A stretch of 64,000 nucleotides of DNA, from NCBI GenBank assembly GCA_003223555.1, contig QHVM01000085.1, forward strand, positions 92,211 to 156,210, read 5' to 3'. The translations under genes and the position numbers were made by a program. This stretch comes from Acidobacteriota bacterium (GTDB taxonomy: Bacteria; Acidobacteriota; Vicinamibacteria; Fen-336). The notes below the pieces were generated by a model. That model was not told the DNA's origin. It made no database searches and worked only from the letters and a program-made list of their open reading frames with translations. Positions 9,753 to 18,659 of this stretch are shown piece by piece (within the stretch, counting starts at the first letter, position 1; each line of letters starts with the position of its first letter).

Positions 9753-10250
9753 ATGAGCCTGGGTAAGCGCCTGCACGAGCACTATCATCGACAGCTCTCG
9801 CTCCGCCGCCAGATCGCCATCCGCGCGCTGTGCTCCTTCCTCGTGATGTTCTTGATCGCGAGGGCCTACACGTACTCGGTCCACTACCACCTGCTGCCGC
9901 TGCGCGACTTCGTCACCGCGAGTGGCCTGCACATCCACCATCTCTTCTGGGGGATCCTGCTCTTGATCGTGGTTGGCTTCGGGGCGCTGGCCTCGCGCGA
10001 CCCGCGGTGGCACCTCCGCCTGGCGGTGGTCTATGGCGTGGCGCTCGCCCTCACCCTGGACGAGTTCGCGCTATGGCTGCGGCTGGCCGACGTCTACTGG
10101 TCGCCGGAAGGGCGGGAGAGCGTGGAGGCGGTGGCGGTGGCGGCGTCCGGCCTCGCGCTCATGGCCGTCGGCGAGCCGTTCTGGCGGGCGGTCGCCCGTG
10201 AGGTCTGGCCCGCAGCGAGTCCATCGTCGGCGGATGGAGGAACGCCGTGA
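9753..10250 (+). CDS. hypothetical integral membrane protein
   Basis: Four predicted hydrophobic helices and no recognisable motif. Stop overlaps the next gene's start (GTGA). Confidence 0.5.
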   Translation: MSLGKRLHEHYHRQLSLRRQIAIRALCSFLVMFLIARAYTYSVHYHLLPLRDFVTASGLHIHHLFWGILLLIVVGFGALASRDPRWHLRLAVVYGVALALTLDEFALWLRLADVYWSPEGRESVEAVAVAASGLALMAVGEPFWRAVAREVWPAASPSSADGGTP

Positions 10251-11287
10251 AGACGGTCCGGATCGCGATGCTCGGATCGGGCTTCGTGGCGGAGTTCTAC
10301 CTGCAGGGGCTCGCCAATGTGAACGGCTGCGAGGTCCGGGTCAACTACTCCCGTTCCGCGCGCCGCGGCAAGGACTTCGCGGAGCGCTGGCGCATTCCCG
10401 GGACCACGCGCGACCTCGACGAGGTCGTCGCGCGCGGCGACATCGACCTCTTCGTCATCGCGCTGCCGAACGACGCCCACCTCCCGGTGAGCCTGAAGCT
10501 CTCGCGCGCGAAGCGGAACCAGGTCTGCACGAAGCCGCTGGCCCGGAACAGCAAGGAGGCGAGGGCCATGCTGGACGCCGCGCGGAAGTCGGGCGCTCTC
10601 CACGGCTACGCCGAGACCGAGGTCTTCGCCCCCGCGGTGGTGAAGGCGCAGGAGATCGTTCGCTCGGGCGGCATCGGGCGTGTCCTCTGGGTGCGCTCGC
10701 GCGAATCGCATGGCGGGCCGCACAGCGCCCATTTCTGGGACGTGACCCGGACCGGCGGCGGGGCGATGAACGACCTCGCCTGTCACACCATCGCCGCCGC
10801 GCGCTATTTCTTCGGCAAGGACGACCGGATCGTCGAGGCCATGGCCTGGGGCGATCGCCTCGTCCACCACGACAAGACCAGGGGCGAGGACAACGCCCTC
10901 CTCGTCCTCCGGTTCGCCAGCGGGGGGATCGGCCATTGCGAGCTTTCCTGGACCACGAAGGGCGGGCTCGACCTCCGCAACGAGGTCCACGGGAGCGAAG
11001 GCTCGATCTTCACCGACGTCACGCGATCGACGCCCATTGCCGCCTTCACCATGAAGCCCTCCGGCTACGTCGTCGAGAAGGCGGACATCGACTTCGGCTG
11101 GACGAAGCCGCTGCCCGAGGAAGCCTTCACGTACGGCTACCAGGCCGAGATGCGGCATTTCGTCGAATGCGCCCGGGACGGCGCGACGCCGCGCGAGACG
11201 TACGCGGACGGCTACATCGTCAACGTCGTCCTCGACGCCGGATACGAATCGATGAGGACCCGCAAATGGGTGCGCGTGAAGTACTGA
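10247..11287 (+). CDS. Gfo/Idh/MocA-family NAD(P)-dependent oxidoreductase
   Basis: N-terminal Rossmann MKTVRIAMLGSGFVAEFY and a C-terminal Gfo/Idh/MocA alpha/beta domain. Confidence 0.85.
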   Translation: MKTVRIAMLGSGFVAEFYLQGLANVNGCEVRVNYSRSARRGKDFAERWRIPGTTRDLDEVVARGDIDLFVIALPNDAHLPVSLKLSRAKRNQVCTKPLARNSKEARAMLDAARKSGALHGYAETEVFAPAVVKAQEIVRSGGIGRVLWVRSRESHGGPHSAHFWDVTRTGGGAMNDLACHTIAAARYFFGKDDRIVEAMAWGDRLVHHDKTRGEDNALLVLRFASGGIGHCELSWTTKGGLDLRNEVHGSEGSIFTDVTRSTPIAAFTMKPSGYVVEKADIDFGWTKPLPEEAFTYGYQAEMRHFVECARDGATPRETYADGYIVNVVLDAGYESMRTRKWVRVKY

Positions 11288-11370
11288 AAAACGGCGTCGC
11301 GCCACCCGCGAGTAGCCTCTCGACCCGGGGGCATGCTAGGCTTTCGCAACTCTTGCGCAGGAAGTAGTCG

Positions 11371-14007
11371 GTGGGTCTCGCTGCCCCGTGGGTCGGTCCG
11401 TACCGGATCCTGGAGAAGCTCGGAGCCGGGGCGATGGGCGAGGTATACCTGGCCGAGGACCCGCGCCTCCACCGCCGGGTCGCGCTGAAGACGCTCGCCG
11501 ATCCGGTCAACACGGCGCCCGAGGCGCGCCGTCGGCTGCTGCACGAGGCCCGCGCCGCCGCCCGGCTCAACCATCCCAACGTGGCGGCCATCTACGACGT
11601 CGTCGAATCCCCGGACAGCGTGCACCTCGTCATGGAGTACGTCCCGGGCGAGACGCTGGCCGCCCGGCTCCGCGGCGGGCGTTTGGACTCGGCGGCCGTG
11701 GTGGCCATCGGCGTCCAGCTCGCCGACGCGCTGGCCGAGGCGCATGCGATGGGGGTCATCCACCGCGACCTCAAGCCGGGCAACGTCATCGTGACCCCCG
11801 GGGAGCGGGTCAAGGTGCTCGACTTCGGCGTCGCGCGCACGCACGGGGTCCGTCTCGTCGACCCCGATTCGGGCTACAGCTCCAGCTCGCGGGACAAGTC
11901 TTCCGACGTCCGGACGATGGTCGGGACGCCGCCCTACGTCCCGCCCGAATGCTTCCTCGGCCAACCGGCCGACGCCCGAGGCGACATCTACAGCCTCGGG
12001 GTGACGCTCTTCGAGATGCTCACCGGCCGGCGGCCGTTCGCAGGGAAGGACGTGCAGGCCGTGGGTGTCGCCGCCCTCACGGAGGCGACGCCGCGCGCAC
12101 GGGGAGCCAACGACGGCGTGTCGTTCGGCCTCGACGCGATCGTGGCCCGGGCCATGGCGCGCGAGCCGCGGGACCGTTACGGCTCCGCCGCCGAGCTGGC
12201 CGCCGCGCTTCGAGACGAACAGGAGGCGCTGCGTGACGCCTCGACGCTGTCCGGGCCGGGGTGGCGCCTCCCGGACCTGCGTCGCTGGACACGGCCGCGG
12301 TCGGCCTGGGCGCTGATCACGGTCCTGCTGGCCGTCTACTCGTACAGCATCCTGCTCAAGGCTCGGCGCCCTCCGTCGAGCGCCGGCCCGCCCGGCTCCG
12401 CGGTCGTGGCCGTGCTGCCACTGGCCAACGCCACCGGCGATCCCGGCAACGATCACCTCGGCGCCGGCATCGCCGACGTCCTCATCGCCACCCTGGCCCG
12501 GGTCCCGGGCGTCACGATGATCTCGCGCAGCGCGACCCTCCCGTATCGGGAACGAAGGAAGGACGTCGCCTCCATCGCCCGCGAGCTGGGAGCCGACCTG
12601 GTGGTGGACGGGGCCGTGCAGGCCTCGGGGAAGGCGGTGCGGGTCACCCTCAGCCTGCTCCGGCCGCAATCGAACCTCGTCGCCTGGAGCGGCGCTTACG
12701 ACGGCGCGTTCTCCGACCTGTTCACGCTGCAGAACGAGGCGGCGACCGCCCTCAGCCAGGCGCTCCAGGTGACGCTCTCGCCCGAGCAGCGCCGCCGCAT
12801 CGGTCGTCCCCCGACGGCGAACGTCGAGGCGCTGGCGGATTACGTCCAGGCGCGTTCCTTCCTCCAGCGCCCGGACGTCAAGGGCGACAACCTCGAGCAC
12901 AGCATCGGCCTCTTCCAGAGCGCCCTGGCCCGGGACCCGAGATTCGCGGGCGCGCACGCCGGCCTCGGCCAGGCCTATTGGCTGCGGTTCGAGGAGATGC
13001 GGGAGGCGCAGTGGTCGGAGAAGGCCTTCGTCGCCATCACGGAGTCGTTGCGGCTGGACCCCGAGGACGCGGCCGCCCACCAGGCCCTGGCGATCGTCTA
13101 CCAGGGGAAGGGCCGGACCGATCAAGCCGAGGAGGAATTCCGCCGCGCCATCTCCCTCCTGCCCACCAGCGACGAAGCGCACAGCCTGCTCGGCCGGATG
13201 CTCTGCGAGCAGGGACGGCGAGAGGAGGGCATCGCCGAGCTGAAGAAGGCGATCGCGCTGAGGCCGAACTACTGGGGGCACCACTACGAGCTGGCGATCG
13301 CCTACTTCGACAGCGGCCGCTATCCCGAAGCGGCCGCCACCTGCCGGCGCGTCATCGAGCTCCAGCCCGACAGCTCTCGCGGCCTCCTGCTGCTGGGGAC
13401 GGTCTATTACGCCAGCGGCGACAACCGGCGAGCCATCGCCACGCTGCGGCAGGCGAACGCGCTCAGCCCGGACGCGGCCACCTACACCAATCTCGGCGCA
13501 GCGCTCCTGGCCGACCGGCGGTACGCCGAGGCCGCGCAGGCATTCGAGGAGGCGGCCCGGCGGGCGCCCAAGGCGCCGTCCAAGCAGCGGAACCTCGGCG
13601 AGGTGTACGAGCGTCTGGGCCGGGGCGAGGCTGCTCGGCAGGCCTACCGGCGCGCGGTCGAGCTCAGCCAGGAGCAGCTCCGGACCAACCCTCGTGACGC
13701 GCGCACGCTTTCCATGCTGGCCGTCGACGAGGCCAAGCTCGGCCAGTGGCCCGAGGCCCGGCGCCACGCGGACGAGGCCACGGCGCTGAGCCCGCACATG
13801 GCGGATGTCATCTACCGCAAGGCGGTCGTGCTCGCCCTGGCCAGCCGGCCGGACGACAGCCTGGCCGCTTTGGAGCAGGCGATCGCCGAGGGGTTCGGCC
13901 GCGCGCGGGCGGCGGGGGACGAGGACCTCAAGACCCTCCGCGGCCTTCGGGAGTTCCAGAGGCTGATCGGGGACGCGCCGGTCCCCGCGAAAGGAGGCTC
14001 CAAGTGA
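11371..14007 (+). CDS. Ser/Thr protein kinase with a C-terminal TPR-repeat domain
   Basis: Hanks kinase motifs (GAGAMGEVY, HRDLKPGNVIV, DFGVAR, PPYVPPE), a transmembrane segment, then multiple TPR repeats. Confidence 0.9.
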   Translation: MGLAAPWVGPYRILEKLGAGAMGEVYLAEDPRLHRRVALKTLADPVNTAPEARRRLLHEARAAARLNHPNVAAIYDVVESPDSVHLVMEYVPGETLAARLRGGRLDSAAVVAIGVQLADALAEAHAMGVIHRDLKPGNVIVTPGERVKVLDFGVARTHGVRLVDPDSGYSSSSRDKSSDVRTMVGTPPYVPPECFLGQPADARGDIYSLGVTLFEMLTGRRPFAGKDVQAVGVAALTEATPRARGANDGVSFGLDAIVARAMAREPRDRYGSAAELAAALRDEQEALRDASTLSGPGWRLPDLRRWTRPRSAWALITVLLAVYSYSILLKARRPPSSAGPPGSAVVAVLPLANATGDPGNDHLGAGIADVLIATLARVPGVTMISRSATLPYRERRKDVASIARELGADLVVDGAVQASGKAVRVTLSLLRPQSNLVAWSGAYDGAFSDLFTLQNEAATALSQALQVTLSPEQRRRIGRPPTANVEALADYVQARSFLQRPDVKGDNLEHSIGLFQSALARDPRFAGAHAGLGQAYWLRFEEMREAQWSEKAFVAITESLRLDPEDAAAHQALAIVYQGKGRTDQAEEEFRRAISLLPTSDEAHSLLGRMLCEQGRREEGIAELKKAIALRPNYWGHHYELAIAYFDSGRYPEAAATCRRVIELQPDSSRGLLLLGTVYYASGDNRRAIATLRQANALSPDAATYTNLGAALLADRRYAEAAQAFEEAARRAPKAPSKQRNLGEVYERLGRGEAARQAYRRAVELSQEQLRTNPRDARTLSMLAVDEAKLGQWPEARRHADEATALSPHMADVIYRKAVVLALASRPDDSLAALEQAIAEGFGRARAAGDEDLKTLRGLREFQRLIGDAPVPAKGGSK

Positions 14008-14513
14008 AGGGAGCAGCTCGGATCGCGATCACGTCCTGGTTCTCACTGGCCGTCTCGATGGCGCAGCCGGGCGCATCGGAGGTGACCCCCTCGCCTGGTC
14101 CGACCAACCATCCCGTGAAGATTGTCACCAAGGACAAGAACGGGAAATGCAGCGTCGACAGCTGGGGACCGAAGACAAGCCTGAGGGTGTCCGTCTCACG
14201 GAAGGACACCGTGACGTGGCAGTTCCAGAACGACTGCTCGAAGGACATGACCCTGGAGGTCGCGAACTTCCAACCGCACGGACCGTCGGTCAAGCCCGGG
14301 GAGCCCGCGGAGAAGGATCCACTCGACGACAAGTGCGCGCGCAAAGCGGCCGTGAGCCACCGGAAGACCGGCGAATTCAAGTGCGGGTTCAAGCTGACGT
14401 TCAAGGGGCCGAACGCGATCTACCACTACCCCGAGGATGCCCGAACCTACAAGTACGACATCCTGGGTGATGGTCAGCCGCTGCTCGATCCGGAGATCGA
14501 GGTCCGCCCCTGA
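14004..14513 (+). CDS. small secreted protein of unknown function
   Basis: GTG start 7 nt after RBS AAGGAGG, overlapping the kinase stop. Signal peptide KGAARIAITSWFSLAVSMAQP. Lower local GC. No recognised domain. Confidence 0.55.
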   Translation: MKGAARIAITSWFSLAVSMAQPGASEVTPSPGPTNHPVKIVTKDKNGKCSVDSWGPKTSLRVSVSRKDTVTWQFQNDCSKDMTLEVANFQPHGPSVKPGEPAEKDPLDDKCARKAAVSHRKTGEFKCGFKLTFKGPNAIYHYPEDARTYKYDILGDGQPLLDPEIEVRP

Positions 14514-14532
14514 CTCGCCGGCCAGCCCGAAG

Positions 14533-15189
14533 GGGCAGACGGTGAAGGTTCGCTTCGGGGAGTTCCTCTTCGATGACGATACGCGGCAGCTCCTGCGTGG
14601 CGGGGAGGTCGTGGCCCTGTCGCCCAAGAGCTTCGACCTCCTCCGCCACCTGCTGAAGCGACGCCCCGGCGCCGTCTCCAAGGCCGAGCTGCAGGCGCTC
14701 GTCTGGCCCGACACGCACGTGACCGGCGCCAGCCTGGCCAGCGCGGCCAGCGACCTGCGGGCGGCCCTCCAGGACCGGCGGCGCCGGCCCCGTTTCATCC
14801 GCACCGTCCACGGCTTCGGCTACGCCTTCTGCGGCGAGGCCGAGCCGTCGGGGAAGGTGAGCGAGCCGCGGCCGGCCGCAGGACCCGCGTACCGCCTGAT
14901 CTGGAACCGCCGCGAGATCGAGCTGTCCGAGGGCGAGAACGTCCTGGGCCGAGACCACGGCGCCGTGGCCTGGATCGACTCCCCGACCGTCTCCCGCCGG
15001 CATGCGCGCATCGTCGTCTCGGACGAGCAGGCCGTCCTCGAGGACCTGGGCAGCCGCAACGGGACGTGGGTCCGCGGGCGCAGGGTCACCGGCCGGCTAC
15101 GACTGGCCGACCTCGACGAGCTGAAGCTGGGCTCGGTGGTGATGGTCTTCCGGGTCTTCGAGCCGGACGAAACCGACTCCGCTCGCTAG
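14533..15189 (+). CDS. winged-helix (OmpR/CadC-type) DNA-binding domain fused to a C-terminal FHA domain
   Basis: N-terminal trans_reg_C-like region (FLFDDDTRQLLRGGEVVALSPKSFDLLRHL...VW). C-terminal FHA signature (GRDHGA ... SRRHARI ... DLGSRNGTWV). Start set at GTG 14533; the ORF track extends to 14437. Confidence 0.7.
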   Translation, partial: GQTVKVRFGEFLFDDDTRQLLRGGEVVALSPKSFDLLRHLLKRRPGAVSKAELQALVWPDTHVTGASLASAASDLRAALQDRRRRPRFIRTVHGFGYAFCGEAEPSGKVSEPRPAAGPAYRLIWNRREIELSEGENVLGRDHGAVAWIDSPTVSRRHARIVVSDEQAVLEDLGSRNGTWVRGRRVTGRLRLADLDELKLGSVVMVFRVFEPDETDSAR

Positions 15190-16019
15190 TCGGACCCGCG
15201 GGCGATCGGCAACGTGAAGGAGAAGGTCGCCCCGCGGCCCGGCGCGCTCTCGGCCCAGATCCGGCCCCCGTGCGCCTCCACGAGTCCCTTCGCGATCTTG
15301 AGGCCGAGGCCGGCGCCCAGGCGGGCGGTGCGCCTCGCCTGCCAGTAGGGCTCGAACACGTGCTCCAGGTCGCGCTCCGGAATGCCGGGCCCCTGGTCGG
15401 TGACCGCCACGCGGACCTGGCCGCCTTCCCGCCGGCCCGTCAAGGCGATGAGCCCTCCGCGAGGGGTGAACTTGATCGCGTTCCCGATGAGGTTGCCGAG
15501 CACCTGGCCGATCCGGTCCGGATCCGCCCAGACCGCCACGGGCGATTCCGGCAGCTCGCAGCCCACCACCTGCTCCTTGGCGCGGGCCTGGATGTGGAGC
15601 GCCTCGCAGCCCTCGCGCAGGAGCGACGCCAGCTCGACCGCTCGCGGCTCGACTCGGAGCGTGCGGCCGGCGTCGAGACGGCTCAGCTCCTGCAGATCCT
15701 TGATCATGCGCTCCATCCGGCTCGCCGCCCGCTTGATGATCTCCAGCACGTGGATCTTGCTCTCCTCGGGCTGAGCCGCGTCCTCGAGGAGCAGGGTCCC
15801 CATCGAGATGGCGCTGAGCGGCGTCCGCAGGTCATGGGAGACGATGGCAAGCACCTCGCCGCTCCGGCGGGGCGAAAGCCCCAGGACCCGCATCGCCGTA
15901 TGTCGCGCCATGAGCTCCTCCGATCCTCGGCCGGCCCCACGACCCGGCTCGAAGGCATTGACGGCGCCCGTCCAGGAGCGGTTCCCGGAGTCGACAAGCC
16001 TCCAGCAAACGATCAGCAA
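15186..16019 (-). CDS. sensor histidine kinase lacking a recognisable sensor domain
   Basis: HisKA H-box (SHDLRTPL) and HATPase_c N/G-boxes (GNAIKFT, DQGPGIP, GLGLKIA). Only about 50 aa precede the H-box. Start uncertain (15911 or 16019). Confidence 0.8.
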   Translation of the reverse strand: MLIVCWRLVDSGNRSWTGAVNAFEPGRGAGRGSEELMARHTAMRVLGLSPRRSGEVLAIVSHDLRTPLSAISMGTLLLEDAAQPEESKIHVLEIIKRAASRMERMIKDLQELSRLDAGRTLRVEPRAVELASLLREGCEALHIQARAKEQVVGCELPESPVAVWADPDRIGQVLGNLIGNAIKFTPRGGLIALTGRREGGQVRVAVTDQGPGIPERDLEHVFEPYWQARRTARLGAGLGLKIAKGLVEAHGGRIWAESAPGRGATFSFTLPIARGSD

Positions 16020-16105
16020 ACCGCCAGGATCGGGAGGAGAGAGCGGATGTGGGAGGCGCGCAACGGGCGCCCCCCAGCTTCGGGGAACCGGTCCGCGAAC
16101 GAGCG

Positions 16106-17221
16106 TCAGCGGAGGGCGCGCAGGTTCAAGATCTGCGTCAAGAGGCTCGTGAGGATGCTGTAGTTACCGTTGGAATACCGTCCATACTGAGAGCGGCCAT
16201 AGTAACCGTCCTCGTAACCGCGGCGGAAGCCCTCCCGGAAGTAGTAGTTGTACTCGGGCTGGTCGATGTACCGGCCCGTATAGCCGTAATTCGCATCCTG
16301 GTAGGCGTAGGAGCCTTCGGGATCGAAGCGCCAGCCGTCCTGCCGGTCGGCGCGGCCGGCCCGGAAGCCTTCCTCATATCCGTATCGGACCGCCTGCCGG
16401 AGCAGGTCCGCCCCGTACTGGTTCGTCTCGTAGTAGCGCCCGTCATAGGAGTAGCCGTAGCTGGGGGCGGTGTAGAAGTATGGGTCGTTGCTGTAGTCGT
16501 AGGAGCGCGCCAGCGCCAGACGCTGCTGGCGCAGGCGGCCCAGGTACTGCTCCTGGAAGCGGTACTGCGCGAGGCGACGCTGCTGCTCCAGGGCCTGTGC
16601 GCGCTGCTGGGCGAGGTTCAGCTGCTGCTCCAGCCGCTGGTTGTACGCCGCCGCGCGCTGGCGCTGCTGCTCGATGAGCTGCTGCTGGCGCTCCTGCGAG
16701 AGGCGCTGCTGCCGGAGCGGCTGTGCTGATGACACCTGCTGCTGAGCCTGCTGCTCTTGCCGGATCTGTCGCTGCGGCTGCTGTTGTTGGGCCTGTTGCG
16801 CCTGACGGGCCTGACGCTCCTGCTGGCGCTGGTGTTGAGCCTGCGGTTGCTGCTGCGCCTGCTGGGCCTGCCGCTCCTGGCGCTGCGCCTGCTGCCGGCC
16901 CTGCTCTTGCGCCTGTTGCTCCTGCCGGCCCTGCCGCTCCTGCTGGCGCTGCTGTTGAGCCTGCGGTTGCTGCTGTGCCTGCTGGGCCTGGCGCTCCTGC
17001 CGCTGCTGCTGGCGTTGCGCCTGCTGCTGAGCCTGTTGTTGCGCCTGTTGCTCCTGCCGGCCCTGCCGCTCCTGCTGGCGCTGCTGTTGAGCCGGCTGGG
17101 CCCGGCCTTGCTGCGGCTGATCCTGCTTCTTCTCCTTCTTGTCCTGCTCTCCCTGCTTCTGCCCCTCCTGCATCGCACTCACCAGCGCCAAGCTCGCGCG
17201 GTTCCAGCCGGTCATGATCAT
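16106..17221 (-). CDS. secreted Gln/Arg-rich tandem-repeat protein with a Tyr/Gly/Arg-rich C-terminal low-complexity domain
   Basis: Signal peptide MIMTGWNRASLALVSA. About 200 aa of imperfect roughly 40-aa repeats (QQERQGRQEQQAQQQAQQQAQRQQQRQERQAQQAQQQPQAQ...). Non-repetitive Y/G-rich tail (YGYSYDGRYY ... YGRSQYGRYSNGNY). The minus strand was chosen over antisense plus-strand ORFs because of the signal peptide and the complex tail. Confidence 0.55.
   Translation of the reverse strand: MIMTGWNRASLALVSAMQEGQKQGEQDKKEKKQDQPQQGRAQPAQQQRQQERQGRQEQQAQQQAQQQAQRQQQRQERQAQQAQQQPQAQQQRQQERQGRQEQQAQEQGRQQAQRQERQAQQAQQQPQAQHQRQQERQARQAQQAQQQQPQRQIRQEQQAQQQVSSAQPLRQQRLSQERQQQLIEQQRQRAAAYNQRLEQQLNLAQQRAQALEQQRRLAQYRFQEQYLGRLRQQRLALARSYDYSNDPYFYTAPSYGYSYDGRYYETNQYGADLLRQAVRYGYEEGFRAGRADRQDGWRFDPEGSYAYQDANYGYTGRYIDQPEYNYYFREGFRRGYEDGYYGRSQYGRYSNGNYSILTSLLTQILNLRALR
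16780..17110 (-). repeat. in-frame tandem DNA repeats (units of about 120-126 bp) encoding the Q/R-rich repeats
   Basis: Recurrent CTGCTGGCGCTG...GCCTGCTGGGCCTG blocks are visible on the plus strand. They are coding, not a CRISPR array (no spacer structure). Confidence 0.7.
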
Positions 17222-17357
17222 GAAAGCCTCCCGAGTATCACGTCCACGGATGTAACGGAGCAAGAAGCGCGCCAGTCAGGCCGCGCCGTAAACCGCGGGT
17301 TTCGAGGGCTTTGAGTCCCAAGCCGCCTGGGATAGTGTTGCTGCCGGAGGGCAACTC

Positions 17358-18497
17358 ATACCGCAAGAGAGCCCGTCTCGCGACCGCATCCTCGGCGTCG
17401 GGATCAGCGGCATCGGCTGGTGCGCGGCCGAGCACATCAAGGCATTCCTGCGCAACGCTCACGTACGCATCGTGTGGCTGCATGTCCGCGACGAGGCGCG
17501 GGCGCGGGAGAAACTGGCCCGGTACGGGGTGGCCGTGCCCGGCGTCCGTTTCACCCCGCGCTATGAGGACCTCCTGGAGTCGGCCGAGGTGGACATCGTG
17601 TCCATCACGACGCCCAACCACCTCCATGCCGGCCAGGCGGTGGCCGCCGCCCGGGCGGGCAAGCACTTCGTCCTCGAGAAGCCGACCGGCCTCGACACGC
17701 GGGAGCTGGTCCGGATCCGCAACGCGGTGCGCCGGGCGAAGGTCCGCACTATTGTCTCCTTCGAGCTGCACTACAACCCCTACCTCCGTTTCGTCCATTG
17801 GCTGCGCGCGTCGGGCCGCCTGGGCCGCCTCCGGTTCGCCCGGGTCCAGTACCTGTCCCGGGTCACCAACTGGTACTCGGGCTGGGGCTGGGTCCGGACG
17901 CGCAAGAGCGGGGGCAGCCACCTGCTGGCCGCCGGCTGCCACGCCGTCGACGCGCTGCGCTGGTGCTCGGGCCTGGAGGCGGAGGAGGTGAGCGCCTACC
18001 ACACGCGGTTCACGAAGGGCTACGAGTGGCCCACGACCATCGAGGCCAACGTGAAGCTCGGCAAGGGCGCGCTCGGCCACGTGACCAGCTCCACCGACTT
18101 CATGCTGCCCTACACGTTCGGGGTGGAGCTGATGGGCGACCGGGCGACGGTGCGCGACACGCTGATCACCTGGCTGAAGGAACAGCCGCTCGACCTCGAT
18201 GAGCTGAGGCGGGCGAACCCGTTCCCGGACGTCAAGCTCCTCGAGGGCCGCTACGGAAGCGAGAGCCCGGCCGTCCGCATCGAGACGCTCATGCCCGACT
18301 CCGCCGACGTCAGCCATCACCCCTTCCAGGGCGAGATCGACGAGATGGTGGACGCGGTACGCCGGGGCCGGGAGACGCACCTCAGCGTGTTCGACGCGCA
18401 GAAGACCATGGAGCTCTGCCTGGCCGCAGACCTCTCGGCCGAGAAGGGAGGCCGGCCGGTGAGGCTTCCCCTCATACCCGAGCACCGGCGGGACTGA
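17358..18497 (+). CDS. Gfo/Idh/MocA-family oxidoreductase without a canonical start codon
   Basis: The Rossmann motif RILGVGISGIGWCAAEHIKAF is in frame upstream of the ORF-track start (GTG 17472). No in-frame ATG/GTG/TTG lies between the stop at 17289 and the motif. The 5' end is uncertain. Confidence 0.7.
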   Translation: MPQESPSRDRILGVGISGIGWCAAEHIKAFLRNAHVRIVWLHVRDEARAREKLARYGVAVPGVRFTPRYEDLLESAEVDIVSITTPNHLHAGQAVAAARAGKHFVLEKPTGLDTRELVRIRNAVRRAKVRTIVSFELHYNPYLRFVHWLRASGRLGRLRFARVQYLSRVTNWYSGWGWVRTRKSGGSHLLAAGCHAVDALRWCSGLEAEEVSAYHTRFTKGYEWPTTIEANVKLGKGALGHVTSSTDFMLPYTFGVELMGDRATVRDTLITWLKEQPLDLDELRRANPFPDVKLLEGRYGSESPAVRIETLMPDSADVSHHPFQGEIDEMVDAVRRGRETHLSVFDAQKTMELCLAADLSAEKGGRPVRLPLIPEHRRD

Positions 18498-18659
18498 CCG
18501 GCCGCTGGGTCCTGGCGCACAGGTGACGGGCGTCACAGGATAGGCGCGCGGGGGCCCGGCGGTCCGAAGTTCCTGCCCCCGTCGGCTATCCTTTGCTCGA
18601 GCGGCGAGCCTTCCCGCCGATCAGGGGTCGCGTCTTGATCGGAGCGCGCCGCTCGAGGC

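Noticed and set aside
11212-13797. 861-aa minus-strand ORF
   Set aside because: It is antisense to the Ser/Thr kinase-TPR gene, which carries unmistakable kinase motifs. No motifs are present, and the composition is the typical high-GC artefact.
16780-17110. Possible CRISPR-like array suggested by regular direct repeats
   Set aside because: The repeats are about 120 bp, contiguous and in frame, with no unique spacers. They encode the amino-acid repeats of the Q/R-rich protein.
16049-17314. Plus-strand ORFs 16049-16729, 16723-17217 and 16757-17314 (Ala/Pro/Leu-rich)
   Set aside because: They overlap the minus-strand Q/R-repeat gene. They lack a signal peptide and any non-repetitive domain. 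They are kept only as an alternative strand hypothesis in the findings.
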